Assembly: GCA_012030715.1 (NCBI GenBank)
Contig: JAAUUJ010000002.1
Location: 4,966-68,965, forward strand
DNA from: Synechococcaceae cyanobacterium SM2_3_1
Lineage (GTDB): Bacteria > Cyanobacteriota > Cyanobacteriia > Thermostichales > Thermostichaceae
Direction: 5' to 3'
Length of the DNA: 64,000 bases
Position 1 is the first letter of the stretch. Each line of letters starts with the position of its first letter. A program made the translations under genes and the position numbers. This document shows positions 1 through 11,800 of the stretch, one piece after another. The notes under the pieces are model-generated. The model was not told the origin of the DNA and did no database searches. It saw only the letters and a list, made by a program, of their open reading frames with translations.

Positions 1-655
1 AAAAGCCCTGTGAACTTTCAAAACCGCCAGCGGTTCGCAGAATGTAGCCGGAGTCAAAATTACCGGGTAGGCGTGTCAGCGGGCTAAAGATCTCGGGGGT
101 GTTACTGCGGGCCGAAACCGAGATCCCAATAATGCCAAAGAAGGGACCACTGCCATCAAAGATATCGGCAGAGGCACTACAACTGGAGCTAGTGCAGATC
201 ACCTCATCCACCACCTGAATCCCAACGGGTTCTTCTGTAGTGATGCCTCCAATTGAGACCGGAGCAAAGGCCAGTACCCCTTGAAAGCGGGTTTGATCAG
301 CAAAGCTGATATCCACGGGTTCATTGGTTCGGACTAGACCAGAGGTTCCTACCGCAGAGGCAAGGATACGGATCCCAGCTGAGCCGGTATCCACCAGGAG
401 TTCAGTGTCGCGACCTCCCACATTCACAGGTAATCCCAACAACCGCAGATTGGCAGCGCCCTCGGTACGAATAAAAAGCGGCACGGTCACCGCATTCGGA
501 TCGGAGGGGGGAGGCGAGATCGTCGGAGGTGGGGGTACTACTGCAGTCGGAGAGTCGGAATCGGAACCCGAACAGGCCGAGAGTCCCAGTACCAGCAGCA
601 GCAGAATTCCAATACCGAGCTGTTGCAACACTTGCCAAATCCTGGTCATGCTCAT
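1..655 (-). CDS. putative lipoprotein with retropepsin-like aspartyl-protease motif (start inside window, 3' end runs off the window)
   Basis: Hand translation of the minus strand from ATG at 655 gives MSMTRIWQVLQQLGIGILLLLVLGLSACSGSDSDSP..., a signal peptide plus lipobox L-S-A-C. Further on comes ...GGRDTELLVDTGSAGIRIL, a D-T-G-S signature. The frame stays open to position 1. It is absent from the ORF track because there is no stop in the window. The listed + ORF 324..767 is its shadow. Confidence 0.6.
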   Translation of the reverse strand, partial: MSMTRIWQVLQQLGIGILLLLVLGLSACSGSDSDSPTAVVPPPPTISPPPSDPNAVTVPLFIRTEGAANLRLLGLPVNVGGRDTELLVDTGSAGIRILASAVGTSGLVRTNEPVDISFADQTRFQGVLAFAPVSIGGITTEEPVGIQVVDEVICTSSSCSASADIFDGSGPFFGIIGISVSARSNTPEIFSPLTRLPGNFDSGYILRTAGGFESSQGF

Positions 656-783
656 TTGCTCACACAGTTCACTCGTAGTGTATCTGCTCATGGGCATCTA
701 CATGCGCGCAGATCCGCAGAGATTCTGTCCGCAAACGCTCAGGTCTGAAGCGGGCTGGAAGCGATAGCTTCGAAGCTGTGCTG

Positions 784-1713
784 TTATCCGTTTTGCTCGG
801 GACGTTTTTTGCGCAAGGGTTTCAGAATCGGAAAGAGTCGCTGGGGTTTTTCCGGTTGGCCCTGAGGTCGAGGGGGAGGTGCGGGCGCTGCATGCCTGGG
901 AATGGGTTTTCCGGCAGTACGGTGACGTGATTTGATCGGCTTACTTCGGGGTTTGGGTAGAACCGCGACCTGTGTCGCCTGTTCAATTTGCAACTCACTG
1001 CCCTGACGACTAACTTCCAGATCCCAAAAGGCCCCCACGGCTTTACTGGGCAGATCCCCCTGCAAACGCAACTTAAAGGTCTGGGGTTTTCCTTGAGTTG
1101 ATTTTTTCCCAGCCTGACGAATTTTAACAATCACAAACTGTTTGACCTGAGACTGGAATATCACTTCACCCCGAATGGAGAAAAAGTCGGATTCTGGCTC
1201 TGGCTGTGGATCTTCCGGTAAGGGCTTACCCATTTCTTCCGGTGCCCAGACCCCCATGATCTGGACATGTAAATCTATCGCCTTTTCACGAGTGCGTGGG
1301 TACACCACCCAGAGGTAAGAACGCTCACTGTCCAGATACTTCTTCACCAGGTTCATGACCCGCCCCAGAAGCACCGCATTCAGCTCTGTGCCATCTTCTG
1401 TCTTCAGGATTCCTTTGGTGAATTGCTCCTCAGAAGGAATGTAATACCCCTTCACCAATCCGATGGCCCGATACTGGAGAGGCTCACTGGGGGGAGGAAT
1501 GGGGTGATGGCGCAGTGAAGAAGACTCGGACTCCTGAGAACCTTCGAGAGTGTCAGGGTGTAACTCAGTCTTGGCGTCGGGGGGGGATATGCCTCCCTGT
1601 TCTGACTCTGATCCCCCCTGGCCCGCATCCCTAACAGACAGGGTCTCAGGACGAACTGGACGAGGGGTCAGCTCCCCGCTATCGCGGCTGGGTGGTCTGG
1701 GTTCTGATGGCAT
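784..1713 (-). CDS. hypothetical protein (Pro/Ser/Glu-rich N-terminus, structured C-terminal ~200 aa)
   Basis: ORF track 309 aa. The C-terminal part (LQYRAIGLVKGYYIPSEEQF...LWVVYPRTREK...) looks like a folded domain. No family recognised. The only competitor is the shadow ORF 822..1130. Confidence 0.55.
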   Translation of the reverse strand: MPSEPRPPSRDSGELTPRPVRPETLSVRDAGQGGSESEQGGISPPDAKTELHPDTLEGSQESESSSLRHHPIPPPSEPLQYRAIGLVKGYYIPSEEQFTKGILKTEDGTELNAVLLGRVMNLVKKYLDSERSYLWVVYPRTREKAIDLHVQIMGVWAPEEMGKPLPEDPQPEPESDFFSIRGEVIFQSQVKQFVIVKIRQAGKKSTQGKPQTFKLRLQGDLPSKAVGAFWDLEVSRQGSELQIEQATQVAVLPKPRSKPIKSRHRTAGKPIPRHAAPAPPPRPQGQPEKPQRLFPILKPLRKKRPEQNG

Positions 1714-1819
1714 GAGCAGCTATGGCGAAGGGTCAGGCCTGGAGAGGGGAAGGTTGATATTGTACTTAATGACTTTAGCTGATAATAACAACTCACCTCT
1801 AAAGTCGAGAAAAGGGCTG

Positions 1820-3075
1820 TTAGAAACTGGAAAAGGTCAGGCTGTGATCCTCTAAAAAGGTCTGCACGGTGTTGAGATCTTTATCACCGCGGCCTGAGCA
1901 GTTGATGACAAGACGCGCCTGGGAGCTGAGTTGAGCAGCCAGAGTTTCCAGATAAGCTACAGCGTGAGCGGTTTCTAGGGCTGGAATGATCCCCTCTAGG
2001 CGAGAGAGCCGCAAGAGCGCCGCCACAGCCTCCTGATCGGTCACGCTATAATACTCAGCCCGCCCAGAATCCTTGAGATAGCAGTGCTCAGGTCCAACTC
2101 CGGGATAATCCAATCCTGCACTGATGGAATGCGCCTCTAGCACCTGACCATCCTCATCCTGCAACAAATAGCTCATGGCTCCATGCAGGACCCCGATCCG
2201 ACCCTGAGTCAGAGTGGCGGCATGGCGGTGGCTATCAATGCCTTCTCCAGCAGCTTCGATCCCGATCAGTCGCACCTGGGGATCCTCTAAAAAAGTGCGA
2301 AAAAGACCCAGGGCATTGGATCCTCCCCCCACACAGGCCAGCAGGATATCGGGCAGTCCTCCCCAGGTTTGTAAACACTGTTCACGGGTTTCTTGACCAA
2401 TGCAGTCGTGAAAAGCCCGCACCATCATGGGGTAGGGGTGGGGTCCGGCAACGGTACCAATAATGTAGTGGGTGGAGTCCACATGGGTTACCCAGTCGCG
2501 GATGGCCTCAGACAGGGCATCTTTCAGGGTTCGCGTCCCCGCCTCTACACCCCGCACCTCGGCCCCGAGCATCCGCATCCGCTGGACGTTGGGAGCCTGC
2601 CGCTCCATATCCACGGCCCCCATGTAGATTACACACTCCAGACCAAAGCGAGCACAGACTGTCGCGGTAGCCACCCCATGTTGACCCGCCCCGGTTTCCG
2701 CAATGATCCGCTGTTTTCTCATGCGGCGGGCGAGCAGGGCCTGTCCGAGCGCATTGTTGATCTTATGCGCCCTGTGTGATTGAGATCTTCCCGTTTCAGA
2801 TAGATCTGGGGACCTGCATAGTACTGGGTGAGACGCTCGGCAAAGTAAAGGGGGCTGGGTCGGCCTACAAAGTCCCGCAAAAGCCCGTGAAACTCTTTCT
2901 GGAAATCAGGATCAGTCCAATGTTGCTGAAAGGCAACGTTTAGCTCCGACAGAGCCGCCATTAAAGTTTCGGGAACGAACTGTCCACCATAGGGGCCAAA
3001 CCGCCCCTGGGCATCAGGGAGGGCCTCCGGATGATCCGTGAACCAGGAGGAGGGACGAAGAGGTGTTTGGGTCAC
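1820..3075 (-). pseudogene. trpB: tryptophan synthase beta chain, split by an apparent -1 frameshift (possibly an assembly error)
   Basis: ORF 2719..3075 ([16 protein letters not shown]...[11 protein letters not shown]) and ORF 1820..2722 ([17 protein letters not shown]...GGGSNA...) are the N- and C-terminal halves of TrpB. The minus-strand junction reads ACAGGGCGCATAAG. The expected HTG-AHKINNA needs ACAGGGGCGCATAAG, so one G is missing (CCC on the + strand at 2770-2772). Confidence 0.9.
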
Positions 3076-3140
3076 GATTGTCTAAAGTATTGATGTGAGC
3101 TGCAGATGGCTGGCAGCCATTTCTCTTACTATAGAGGGGA

Positions 3141-3323
3141 TCACGGATTCAGGCCAAGGGGCTGTTCATCAGGTCCTTCGGTTATGTGACAGAGGCCAAG
3201 TTGGATCTGAGACTCGCGCACCCCATCCTCCACCTGGGTCGTGATCCGGTGAAAAGCAGCAGGCCGGGTGGAAATTTTCAGGATCGATTGGTAATGGGTG
3301 TGTTCAAGTTGCTGTTGAGGCAT
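3141..3323 (-). pseudogene. remnant of a YjbQ/UPF0047-family gene (internally deleted and truncated)
   Basis: The 60-aa ORF begins like the YjbQ family (ILKISTRPAAFHRITTQVEDGVRESQIQLGLCH). It then jumps straight to an EGPD-like late motif (ITEGPDEQP) and stops. Only about 65 nt remain before trpB, whereas the family is normally about 135-140 aa. Confidence 0.45.
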
Positions 3324-5061
3324 CGGAACTCCCTTCGCTGAATGGGGATGAGGGAACAGGCCCTTCTGGCTTCCAGGGCAGTTCTACACTAAATGTGGTC
3401 AGGTTCGACTGGCTGCTGACCCAGATACGGCCCTGCATTTCTTCCACCAGGCGTTTGATCAGAGCCAGACCCAACCCAGTTCCGCCCTGCTTCCAGCGAT
3501 CACCATTGGGAATGCGGTAAAACTTGTCAAAAATCTTATGTAGCTCCTCGGGAGGAATTTCGATGCCACTATTACTGATATCAAATTGAATTGTCAACGC
3601 ACTTATATGCACAGTGACAGCAATTTCTGCTGCCGGAGGAGAATATTTGCAGGCATTATTCAGCAGTTCCGATAGTACCCGTCCCAAACTGGCCTGATCT
3701 GTATACAGAAGTGGGAGAGCTGCGGGGAGTTGGACTCGCAATCTTTGGTGCCGTTGTTGCACCCGCACCTCAAAGGATTCCACCAGATGCGGAAACCACA
3801 TATTTAGATCCAGAGGGTTAAACAGCAACAGCTGCCCCCCTGCCTCTAGGCGCTGGAGATCCAGCAGGTCATTAATTAGCTCAGTTTCGCGATTGCACTC
3901 ATCCTGAAGTACGCCTAAATAGCGCAGGGCACGGCGGTTTTGTTCTGGGGTGAGGGTGGGGTGAGAATTCAGGCTGGCTAACGTCATTTTCAGCATATGG
4001 ATCGCCATCCGCATATTCGACATAGGAGTGCGAAGCTCATGGGAGACGGTACTGAGAAAATCATCCTTGAGTAGATTCAGGGTCTGGAGTTCCTGCATAC
4101 GGGCCTGCAGCTGCAACTCTGTTTGTTTGCGATGGGTGATATCAAAGGCAGTTCCTAAGATTGCCCTTTGGCCCTGATAGGTGATCAATGCGGTGGTGCA
4201 TTCCACCCAACGTTCCTCCCCCCCTCGGTTACAAATGCGGAATTCAAAGCGATCTCGAGGACGTCGCCCGTGTAAACGGAGCCGCCAAAGCCGTTGGGCC
4301 GTATTCACTTCATCACTGCGTATCAGCTGCCAGTAGCGGAGTTGCAGGAGTTCTTCGCGGCTGTATCCGGTCAGATCACAAAGGGCAGGGTTTACATCTA
4401 AAAAAGTCTCCCGCAGGATAAAAATCGCAGAGGTCGCCGTTTCCGCCAGGATCCGAAATTTCTCCTCACTTTCCCGTAGGGCCCATTCTGCTTTAATCCT
4501 GGGGGTGGTTCTCGCTCTTCGACCCCTGAACTCAGGCCTTTCTCCCGGATCTAGATGCGGGAAAGACTGCAGCGCCTGGAGCTGATCTTTGAGGGTGAGG
4601 ACAGGCCGCTGCGGCAGAAGCATGTCTCCACAGAGACCGAGAATCCGAAGGGGACCCTGATGGACATTGAGCGTAGGCGTAAGCCGGATCCAGAGGTGAG
4701 AGTCACCCACTTGCTCTTCATAGGAGATGGTGCAATTGTGCTGCCAGCAAAAATGGCTAAACTGCTGTAGAGCTTTAGCTTGATGAGGGGGCAAACAATC
4801 TTCAAGGGGCAGGCCCGTGTCTTTCCCCATGCCTGAGATCTGAAATTGCACCCTAGCATGGTGATTGACGTAGAGAAATCGAAACCTGGGGGCTTGCATA
4901 TCTTCCCCTTCCAGCACAAAAGCGCCCAAAGAGGAGGATTCCAGGATCTCTGGAATGAGATGCTCATCTTCAGAAGCTAGGGCTGATAGGGTAACAGGGG
5001 CAGACAGGCTCTCAGGAACAAAATCAGACATGCAGGGAACACTCAACAGGGCAAGCCTCAC
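3304..5061 (-). CDS. sensor histidine kinase with PAS domain
   Basis: ORF track 585 aa. It has a PAS region (EEKFRILAETATSAIFI...), H-box STVSHELRTPMSNM, N box LLNNACKYSP and G box GGTGLGLALIKRL. An alternative start is ATG 5031 (MSDFVPE). Confidence 0.85.
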   Translation of the reverse strand: MRLALLSVPCMSDFVPESLSAPVTLSALASEDEHLIPEILESSSLGAFVLEGEDMQAPRFRFLYVNHHARVQFQISGMGKDTGLPLEDCLPPHQAKALQQFSHFCWQHNCTISYEEQVGDSHLWIRLTPTLNVHQGPLRILGLCGDMLLPQRPVLTLKDQLQALQSFPHLDPGERPEFRGRRARTTPRIKAEWALRESEEKFRILAETATSAIFILRETFLDVNPALCDLTGYSREELLQLRYWQLIRSDEVNTAQRLWRLRLHGRRPRDRFEFRICNRGGEERWVECTTALITYQGQRAILGTAFDITHRKQTELQLQARMQELQTLNLLKDDFLSTVSHELRTPMSNMRMAIHMLKMTLASLNSHPTLTPEQNRRALRYLGVLQDECNRETELINDLLDLQRLEAGGQLLLFNPLDLNMWFPHLVESFEVRVQQRHQRLRVQLPAALPLLYTDQASLGRVLSELLNNACKYSPPAAEIAVTVHISALTIQFDISNSGIEIPPEELHKIFDKFYRIPNGDRWKQGGTGLGLALIKRLVEEMQGRIWVSSQSNLTTFSVELPWKPEGPVPSSPFSEGSSDASTAT

Positions 5062-5106
5062 GCATATGGTAGCGGCATCTGGTTCTCTGTGGATGTTGCA
5101 AACCTA

Positions 5107-7077
5107 TCAAGCCCCCTCCCGCAGCCGATCCAGCACAGTCCGATCTTCCAGGGTGGAGGTGTCTCCTGCGATCTCTTCTCCCGCCGCCAGGGTGCGCAGC
5201 AGACGGCGCATGATCTTACCGGAACGGGTTTTGGGGAGTGTTTCTGTCCAGCGGATTTCAGCGGGACGTGCCAAGGCCCCGATCTCCTGGACCACATGCT
5301 GCATTAATTCTTTCTGGAGGTTCTCCTGTGGCTGGTGTTGATTATCCAGGACCACATAGGCAATAATGACTTCTCCTTTCAAGGCATCGGGTCGGCCCAC
5401 CACAGCAGCTTCTGCCACGGCGGGATGCGAAACCAGCGCGGACTCGATCTCCATGGTGCCCAGACGGTGGCCAGCCACACTGATGACATCATCCACGCGG
5501 CCCATGATCCAGAAATAACCCTCCGCATCGCGGTGAGCGCCATCGCCAGCAAAATATAGAGGGTGACCATCCCCGGTCTGAAGATGCTCCCAGTAGCTGC
5601 GACGGAACCTTTCCGGATCGTTGTAGACGGTGCGCATCATGCCGGGCCAGGGTTGACGCACCACCAGATAGCCCCCCTGGTGATCCGCCACGGGTAGTCC
5701 CTGTGCATCCACCACATCCGCCTGAATCCCCGGGAAGGGCAGCGACGCAGATCCGGGTTTGGTGGAAATTGCCCCTGGCAGTGCCGAGATCATGATGCCC
5801 CCCGTTTCGGTCTGCCACCAGGTATCCACAATCGGACACCGTTCCCCACCAATGACACGGTGGTACCAGATCCAGGCCTCGGGGTTGATCGGTTCCCCCA
5901 CAGTGCCCAGGAGCCGCAGGGAAGAGAGATCGCGGGCTTGGGGCAGGTGATCTCCCATTTTGATGAAGGCACGAATGGCGGTGGGAGCCGTGTAGAAAAT
6001 CGTGATCTTGTGCTTCTCGATTAAATCCCAAAAGCAGCCAGGGGCACTGGGTCGCGGCGCTCCCTCGTACATAAACACCGTCGCCCCGTTGGAAAGGGGA
6101 CCATAGACGAGATAACTGTGCCCTGTGATCCAACCCACGTCAGCAGTACACCAGTAAATGTCGTCCTCTCGCAGATCAAAGATCCATTGGGTGGTGATGT
6201 GAGTGTAGAGGTTGTAGCCCGCGGTCGTGTGCACCACCCCTTTGGGTTTGCCTGTCGTCCCGGAAGTATAGAGGATAAACAGCAGATCCTCACTGTCCAT
6301 CTCCTCCGCAGCACAGTCGTCACTGACCCGTTGCTGGATCTCATGCCACCAGACGTCCCGTTCTTCCTGCATGCGAATAGCTTCCCCTGTACGGCGCACC
6401 ACCAGCACATGGGCTACACTGGGTACCTGATCCGCCTGCAGAGCCAGATCGACTTGAGACTTGAGGGGCACAATCGCATCTTTACGCCAGCCGCCATCGG
6501 CGGTGATCACGACGCGGGCCCCAGCATCATTGAGCCGATCCTTGAGGGCCTCGGCACTAAATCCCCCGAAGACCACCGTATGAGGTGCACCAATTCGAGC
6601 ACAGGCCAGCATGGCCATCACGGCTTCCGGGATCATGGGCATATAAATCCCCACCCGATCCCCCTTTTTTACCCCCAGTTCCTGCAGCGCATTGGCCATC
6701 TGACACACCCGTTGGTGTAGCTCCTCATAGGTGAGGGTGCGGGTATCCCCGGGTTCTCCCTCCCAGATCAGGGCAGGTTTGGTGCGGCAGCTGGTCTCTA
6801 GATGCCGATCCAGGCAGTTGTAGCTGAGATTCAGTTTTCCCCCCACAAACCACTTCGCCTGAGGCGGATCCCACTGCAGCACCTGCTCCCAGGGGCTAAA
6901 CCAGTGCAATTCTGTCCGTGCCAGACGTCCCCAAAAACCCTCTGGGTCCGTGACTGCTTCCTGACACAGCTCCTGGTATTGGGCAAAACTAGCAATCCGA
7001 GCCTGTTGAGCAAAGTCGGAGGGGGGAGGGAAATGCCGATTTTCCTGGAGAAGGGACTCAATCGTAGGGTCTGACAT
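5107..7077 (-). CDS. acs: acetyl-CoA synthetase (AMP-forming)
   Basis: The ORF is 5107..7266. The conserved Acs N-terminus begins at the internal Met ([19 protein letters not shown]), with ATG at 7077. Motifs present: [19 protein letters not shown] and the C-terminal SGKIMRR. Confidence 0.95.
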   Translation of the reverse strand: MSDPTIESLLQENRHFPPPSDFAQQARIASFAQYQELCQEAVTDPEGFWGRLARTELHWFSPWEQVLQWDPPQAKWFVGGKLNLSYNCLDRHLETSCRTKPALIWEGEPGDTRTLTYEELHQRVCQMANALQELGVKKGDRVGIYMPMIPEAVMAMLACARIGAPHTVVFGGFSAEALKDRLNDAGARVVITADGGWRKDAIVPLKSQVDLALQADQVPSVAHVLVVRRTGEAIRMQEERDVWWHEIQQRVSDDCAAEEMDSEDLLFILYTSGTTGKPKGVVHTTAGYNLYTHITTQWIFDLREDDIYWCTADVGWITGHSYLVYGPLSNGATVFMYEGAPRPSAPGCFWDLIEKHKITIFYTAPTAIRAFIKMGDHLPQARDLSSLRLLGTVGEPINPEAWIWYHRVIGGERCPIVDTWWQTETGGIMISALPGAISTKPGSASLPFPGIQADVVDAQGLPVADHQGGYLVVRQPWPGMMRTVYNDPERFRRSYWEHLQTGDGHPLYFAGDGAHRDAEGYFWIMGRVDDVISVAGHRLGTMEIESALVSHPAVAEAAVVGRPDALKGEVIIAYVVLDNQHQPQENLQKELMQHVVQEIGALARPAEIRWTETLPKTRSGKIMRRLLRTLAAGEEIAGDTSTLEDRTVLDRLREGA

Positions 7078-7213
7078 GGGGAGAGCTGAATAACGGGACC
7101 TAGCTAAGCAGCTTAATCGAGTTGAGGGATCCCTGAGAACTATTCTGAACAGGTGTTCCTGACCGTGAGAAAATGCCAGACTGGAACTGTATCGTTTTAT
7201 TGCAAAGTCTGCC

Positions 7214-7924
7214 TTGCCTCTGATCTCTCCCCTGCAGCTTGCGGAATTACTCCTAGCCCTCTGCAATACACAGGTGTGGGTTCAGGGTCGGCATCTGCTG
7301 CCTCCGGGACCCGCCATCATTATCAGCAACCACCGCAGCTTTCTGGATGCCCCCTTACTGATGGCCGCCCTGGGACGACCCATCCAGTTTGCCTGTCATT
7401 ACTACCTCACCCAGGTACCTGGTTTACGGGAGATCGTACTGGAGTTGGGATGCATTCCGCTGAAGCAGGGGTGTGCCAATCAGGTTCACTTTTTTCGACA
7501 GGCAGAACACCACCTGCACCAGTGTGGCAGTATTGGCATCTTTCCTGAAGGAGCCAGACAGATCACCCGATGCTGTTCCCCCGCTGAGATGGCCCCATTT
7601 CAAGCTGGGTTTGCCCACCTGGCCTACCGTTCCCACCTGGATCCTTTGCCGATTATTCCGATCTCTATTCACGTGCGGCAGGAGTGGTTAGCTCCACCCT
7701 TACCCCTGGCTCTGTTTCGCTGGGTGGATCCTACAGAGCCCATGTTCCGGGGAGAAGGCTCTCATCCGGTCGTGATCTATGAGGATGTTAGCGTGACCAT
7801 CGGGGAGCCACTCTGGGTTCACCAGGAAGATCGAGAAGCACGAGGAGCGGAGAAACAACACCGGATCCACCAGCTCACCGACAAGGCTTATCAGACTGTT
7901 CAGGAGAATCTGCGCTATGGCTGA
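7214..7924 (+). CDS. 1-acyl-sn-glycerol-3-phosphate acyltransferase family protein (PlsC-like)
   Basis: ORF track 236 aa. It has the H(X)4D motif NHRSFLDAP and the FPEGAR motif. The TTG start at 7214 is uncertain. Confidence 0.75.
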   Translation: MPLISPLQLAELLLALCNTQVWVQGRHLLPPGPAIIISNHRSFLDAPLLMAALGRPIQFACHYYLTQVPGLREIVLELGCIPLKQGCANQVHFFRQAEHHLHQCGSIGIFPEGARQITRCCSPAEMAPFQAGFAHLAYRSHLDPLPIIPISIHVRQEWLAPPLPLALFRWVDPTEPMFRGEGSHPVVIYEDVSVTIGEPLWVHQEDREARGAEKQHRIHQLTDKAYQTVQENLRYG

Positions 7925-8681
7925 TCCGGTGATCACCCCAGCAGGACCTCGTCGTCCACAGCTCCTTTACCTGCCAGGGATGGATGGAACCGGAGATCTG
8001 TTTTACCGTCAGGCGGCCCGACTGCAGCAGCTTTTTGAGATCCAATCCATCAGCTTGAATTCTGCCTCCAGTCTCTCCTGGTCTGAGCTGGCAGCCCATG
8101 TCCGGCACCAAAGTCGGGCCGAACAAGCCTTCCTCTGTGGGGAGTCGTTTGGAGCCTGTCTGGCCCTGCAGGTGGCCTGTGATTATCCCCATCTCTGTCG
8201 GGGGCTGATCCTGGTGAACCCGGCTTCCTCCTACCACCGTGGTCCCTGGTACTTTAGAGCGGGAGGGCTGCTTCCCTGGATTCCAGAACCCCTCTATCTT
8301 GCTATGGCCGAGCGAGGTTTACCCCTGCTGGCAGCTCTGGAACGTATGGATCCCGCCGATCGAGAGGCACTGGCCACGGCTGTCCGCTCGGTTTCCCCAG
8401 CCGCCACAGCTCAGCGACTCAATCTGCTCAGTCGATTTCACGTGGATCATCTGCCTCTGGAGCAGCTGGATGTGCCCACGATTCTGGTGGCAGGAGGTCG
8501 AGATCGGCTCTTGCCCTCCATTGAGGAAGTGGAGCGTCTGGCGGCTTGGCTGCCTCGGTCCGATATTGAAGTTTCTCCCGAGAGTGGCCATGCTTGCCTA
8601 TTGGAAAGAGATCTAGACCTTCACAAGATCCTACTGCGACACCCCTTGCTGCCTTCTTCAGTTACTTCTATGAACCGATAA
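7917..8681 (+). CDS. alpha/beta hydrolase fold protein
   Basis: ORF track 254 aa. It has the nucleophile elbow GESFG, a late His (ESGHACLLE), and an 8-nt overlap with the upstream plsC-like stop, which suggests an operon. Confidence 0.7.
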   Translation: MADPVITPAGPRRPQLLYLPGMDGTGDLFYRQAARLQQLFEIQSISLNSASSLSWSELAAHVRHQSRAEQAFLCGESFGACLALQVACDYPHLCRGLILVNPASSYHRGPWYFRAGGLLPWIPEPLYLAMAERGLPLLAALERMDPADREALATAVRSVSPAATAQRLNLLSRFHVDHLPLEQLDVPTILVAGGRDRLLPSIEEVERLAAWLPRSDIEVSPESGHACLLERDLDLHKILLRHPLLPSSVTSMNR

Positions 8682-8856
8682 CCTCCACGGGCGAGAGGGT
8701 CTGGATCCCTATCCCCTGGAACAAGAAGGGAACACGCTGGGTTCAGTCGCGTACCCTGAACATTGAATTCCTTCTGAATTCCTTGCCATTCGAGAGTGAA
8801 GAGGATTTCTGACGACATGCTCAGACAACGAAGGGAACCCCCTATGATGAGATAGA

Positions 8857-11800
8857 GTGCATCTGTGTTGGGTACCAAGTTTTTTGCTCGTGATCAAACA
8901 AGACACCGATCGGCGACTTAATTTATCTATCTGGAAAGCTGGGCGCCTGAGCCTGATCTTAGCCATTGGGATTGCCACGATGGCCTATTGCATTCTGGCG
9001 ATGAATGCGGCCAATTCTCTTTTTCTGAGCCATGTAGGTGCTGAACTGTTGCCCATTTGCTTTATCCTTTTAGGTCTCTTTTCTGCAGGGGCGTATATTG
9101 CGATCACCCCACTCCTGGATAACATTAGCCGACCCAAACTCTTTCAATATACATTTATTTTCTCCACAGTTCTGGCAGTTGCTCTCAGAGGACTTCTATT
9201 CCTGGATCAAACGCCCGTTTATTTTCTTACCAGTATTTACGCATTCTTTCAGTTCGACTTGTTTATCAATATTCTCTATCCAAGCCTGGTTAAAGATTAC
9301 TTTACAACCCTAGAATACAAACGTTATGCGTCTTATATCGGAATTGCTCAGGCTTCGGGCATTCTTCTGGGTGGGACTGTTACAATTTTACTCTCAAATG
9401 TGATCTCAACTGCTGACTTTTTCCCTGGGCTTACTGGCCTTTGCGTGATCACTCTGGCACTGGTGAGTTACTTAAGAACGACTCAGAGACCTATAGACAA
9501 TATTAAATCGGCTTCGAAAGTCAACTTGATTAACTCGTTAAAGTCTGCGCCTTATTTGTTTAAGCGCTATCCCCTGTCTATTTTTCTGGCCTCCAGCAGC
9601 TTTCTTTTTATTCTGATTTATATTCTGTCAGAATTTCTCTGGTTTAGTATTTATGACGAGCATTTAGAAGGTGCAGCTCTAACTGAATTTCTTGGACAGA
9701 TCCGCATCGCGTCCAGTGGCCTGCAAATTGTGGTTCTCTTCTTTTTTACCCGCCCTCTTCTGCGGCAATTGGGGGTAACCCGCATGAATGTAGTCTATCC
9801 CTTAACGACTTTAGCCGCCCTCTTTTCTATCCTCTGGAAACCCGAACTACGATCTGCCATTGCCCTGAACCTGAACGGAGATTCCCTCGCCAAATGCATC
9901 AGCACTCCTGTTCACCAGCTGAACTTTAATGCAATTCCTGCGGAAGTTTCTGGAAGAGTGCGGGCCCTTAGTGATGGTCTGGTCTATGCCACTGGCTTAA
10001 CCCTGGCGGGTGGATTGCTTTGGGTTGCTCATTCATTGCTAACGTTGCAACAGATCACTTGGATTGGTGTAGGACTGGGGATCGTATCACTGCTGCTCCG
10101 CCTGCCGATGGGAAGGTTATATGTGCAGGGATTAGAAGATATGATTCGCTCCAATGCCCTGAACTTGGATGATGTGAATCTGCAGTTGCCCGCCCAATCC
10201 AGCTCCGTGATTCGCGAGTTATTATCGGAGACGGATCTGCGCACCCAGATTAAAGGGCTGGAACTGGCGGCGGCTCTACGTTCTCCCGGTCAGTTTCTGC
10301 CAGAAATAGAAAGCTTGCTTTCCAGTCAAAATCTGGAGGTCAGGCGAGCCCTCGTGCAACTTTTTAAATCCCATGCCGACAATGATGCACTCCGCTACTT
10401 TGAATCCTTATTGGAATCGGAACGAGCTGCGGTTAGATCCCTGGCGCTGGAAATTTTATTTCTATATCGCTATCCCTTTACTCAAGAACAAATTTCCAGT
10501 GATCTGCAGGATCCGGATCCGACGATCAAGTTTATTGGGGTGGTCATTGCTATGGCCTCTGGGATCAATAGCTACGAGGCAAAGCAAACTTTCCAACAAT
10601 TGCTGCAACGGGCTCCCTTCCCGGAGGCAGCTGCGTATGCGGTGATCCGGATGGTAGAAGCAAGCCAGGACCGGGAGCTGATGCCATTACTGCTGGAGGT
10701 TATTAACGCAGGTAGTGGTTTGATGAAGCGCAGTGGTCTGCTAGTTCTTTCCGGGATGTCCCCGCCGGAGGATTTAATGCTGGCGGAATTTGCCTTGCAC
10801 GAGTTAGGTTCACCCGATCCATTGGTGCGGGTGGCAGCCTTGAATGTTCTGGGTATCACCCACTGTCAGCAGGTGATCACAGAAATCGGTGAGTGTCTGG
10901 GGGATGAAGATCCTCGGGTTCAGGAAAAGGCAGCAGTCGTTCTGGCTACCTATGGTAAACCCGGCCTCAACCTGGCCCAGAAGAGTTTGACCTCCTCCAA
11001 TCCTGATGTGGTTAACGCGGCCATTGCTGCCATTGGCAAGGTAAGAACTCGAGCAGCCAGTGACATTCTGTATCAACACCTCACCCCCGATTTTCAATTG
11101 GTGGCTGAAAGTCATCGCTGGTTGCAACAGCTACCGCAAACGGATCCCAGCTGGCAACCTCTGGCTCTGGCCATAGAAGATTTTCATCAACGCTTGATCC
11201 AGAAGGTACTTTATGTGCTGGCCTGTCTCGGGTATCCACGCACAGTTTCCCTGGTGAAGCGGGCATTAAACACCAAAGATGCCAAAGAGTTTGCCAATGC
11301 GGTGGAGGTCCTGGCGTCTCGCAATCACCGCCGCTTCATCTTGCCCATTTTGCCTGTGCTAGAACAGGCGGGAGGCGTGGAACAACCTCAACCCAAGGTG
11401 TATATCACCCGCAAATGGCTACGTACAAAGGGGTACAAGTTATTGTTTGAGGCCCTAGAGGCAAAAGATCGGTGGATTACGGTAGCAGCGCTCGTGGCCC
11501 TGGCCATGGTGCCGACCACATTGATGCGAGATCCAGATCCTTTGATTCAGCATGTAGCTTCAGAAACCTTTCAACTCACATCGCAGTTTTCGCTCCAGAA
11601 CAATACTCTTATGAACCGAATCCTTTTTCTCAAAAAAGTGGGTCTTTTCCACAACATGCTGCTGGATGAGTTACTCCTCGTGGATAACCTCTTGGAGCAA
11701 CAACATATTCCTTCAGGAGAGAGAATTTATGAAGAAGGGAGCTGGAGTACCCATCTCTACATCATTGCAGATGGAAAAATTCACATCACCAAAACTATTG

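Noticed and set aside
324-767. 147-aa + strand ORF at the left edge
   Set aside because: It is a shadow of the minus-strand lipoprotein gene (1..655). Its sequence is low-complexity with no motifs, whereas the opposite strand has a signal peptide, a lipobox and a DTGS motif.
7166-7216. Possible further frameshift at the 5' end of the plsC-like gene (ATG 7173 in another frame reads [16 protein letters not shown])
   Set aside because: Neither frame upstream of 7214 shows recognisable conserved sequence, and no obvious homopolymer junction restores a convincing N-terminus. I treat it simply as an uncertain start.
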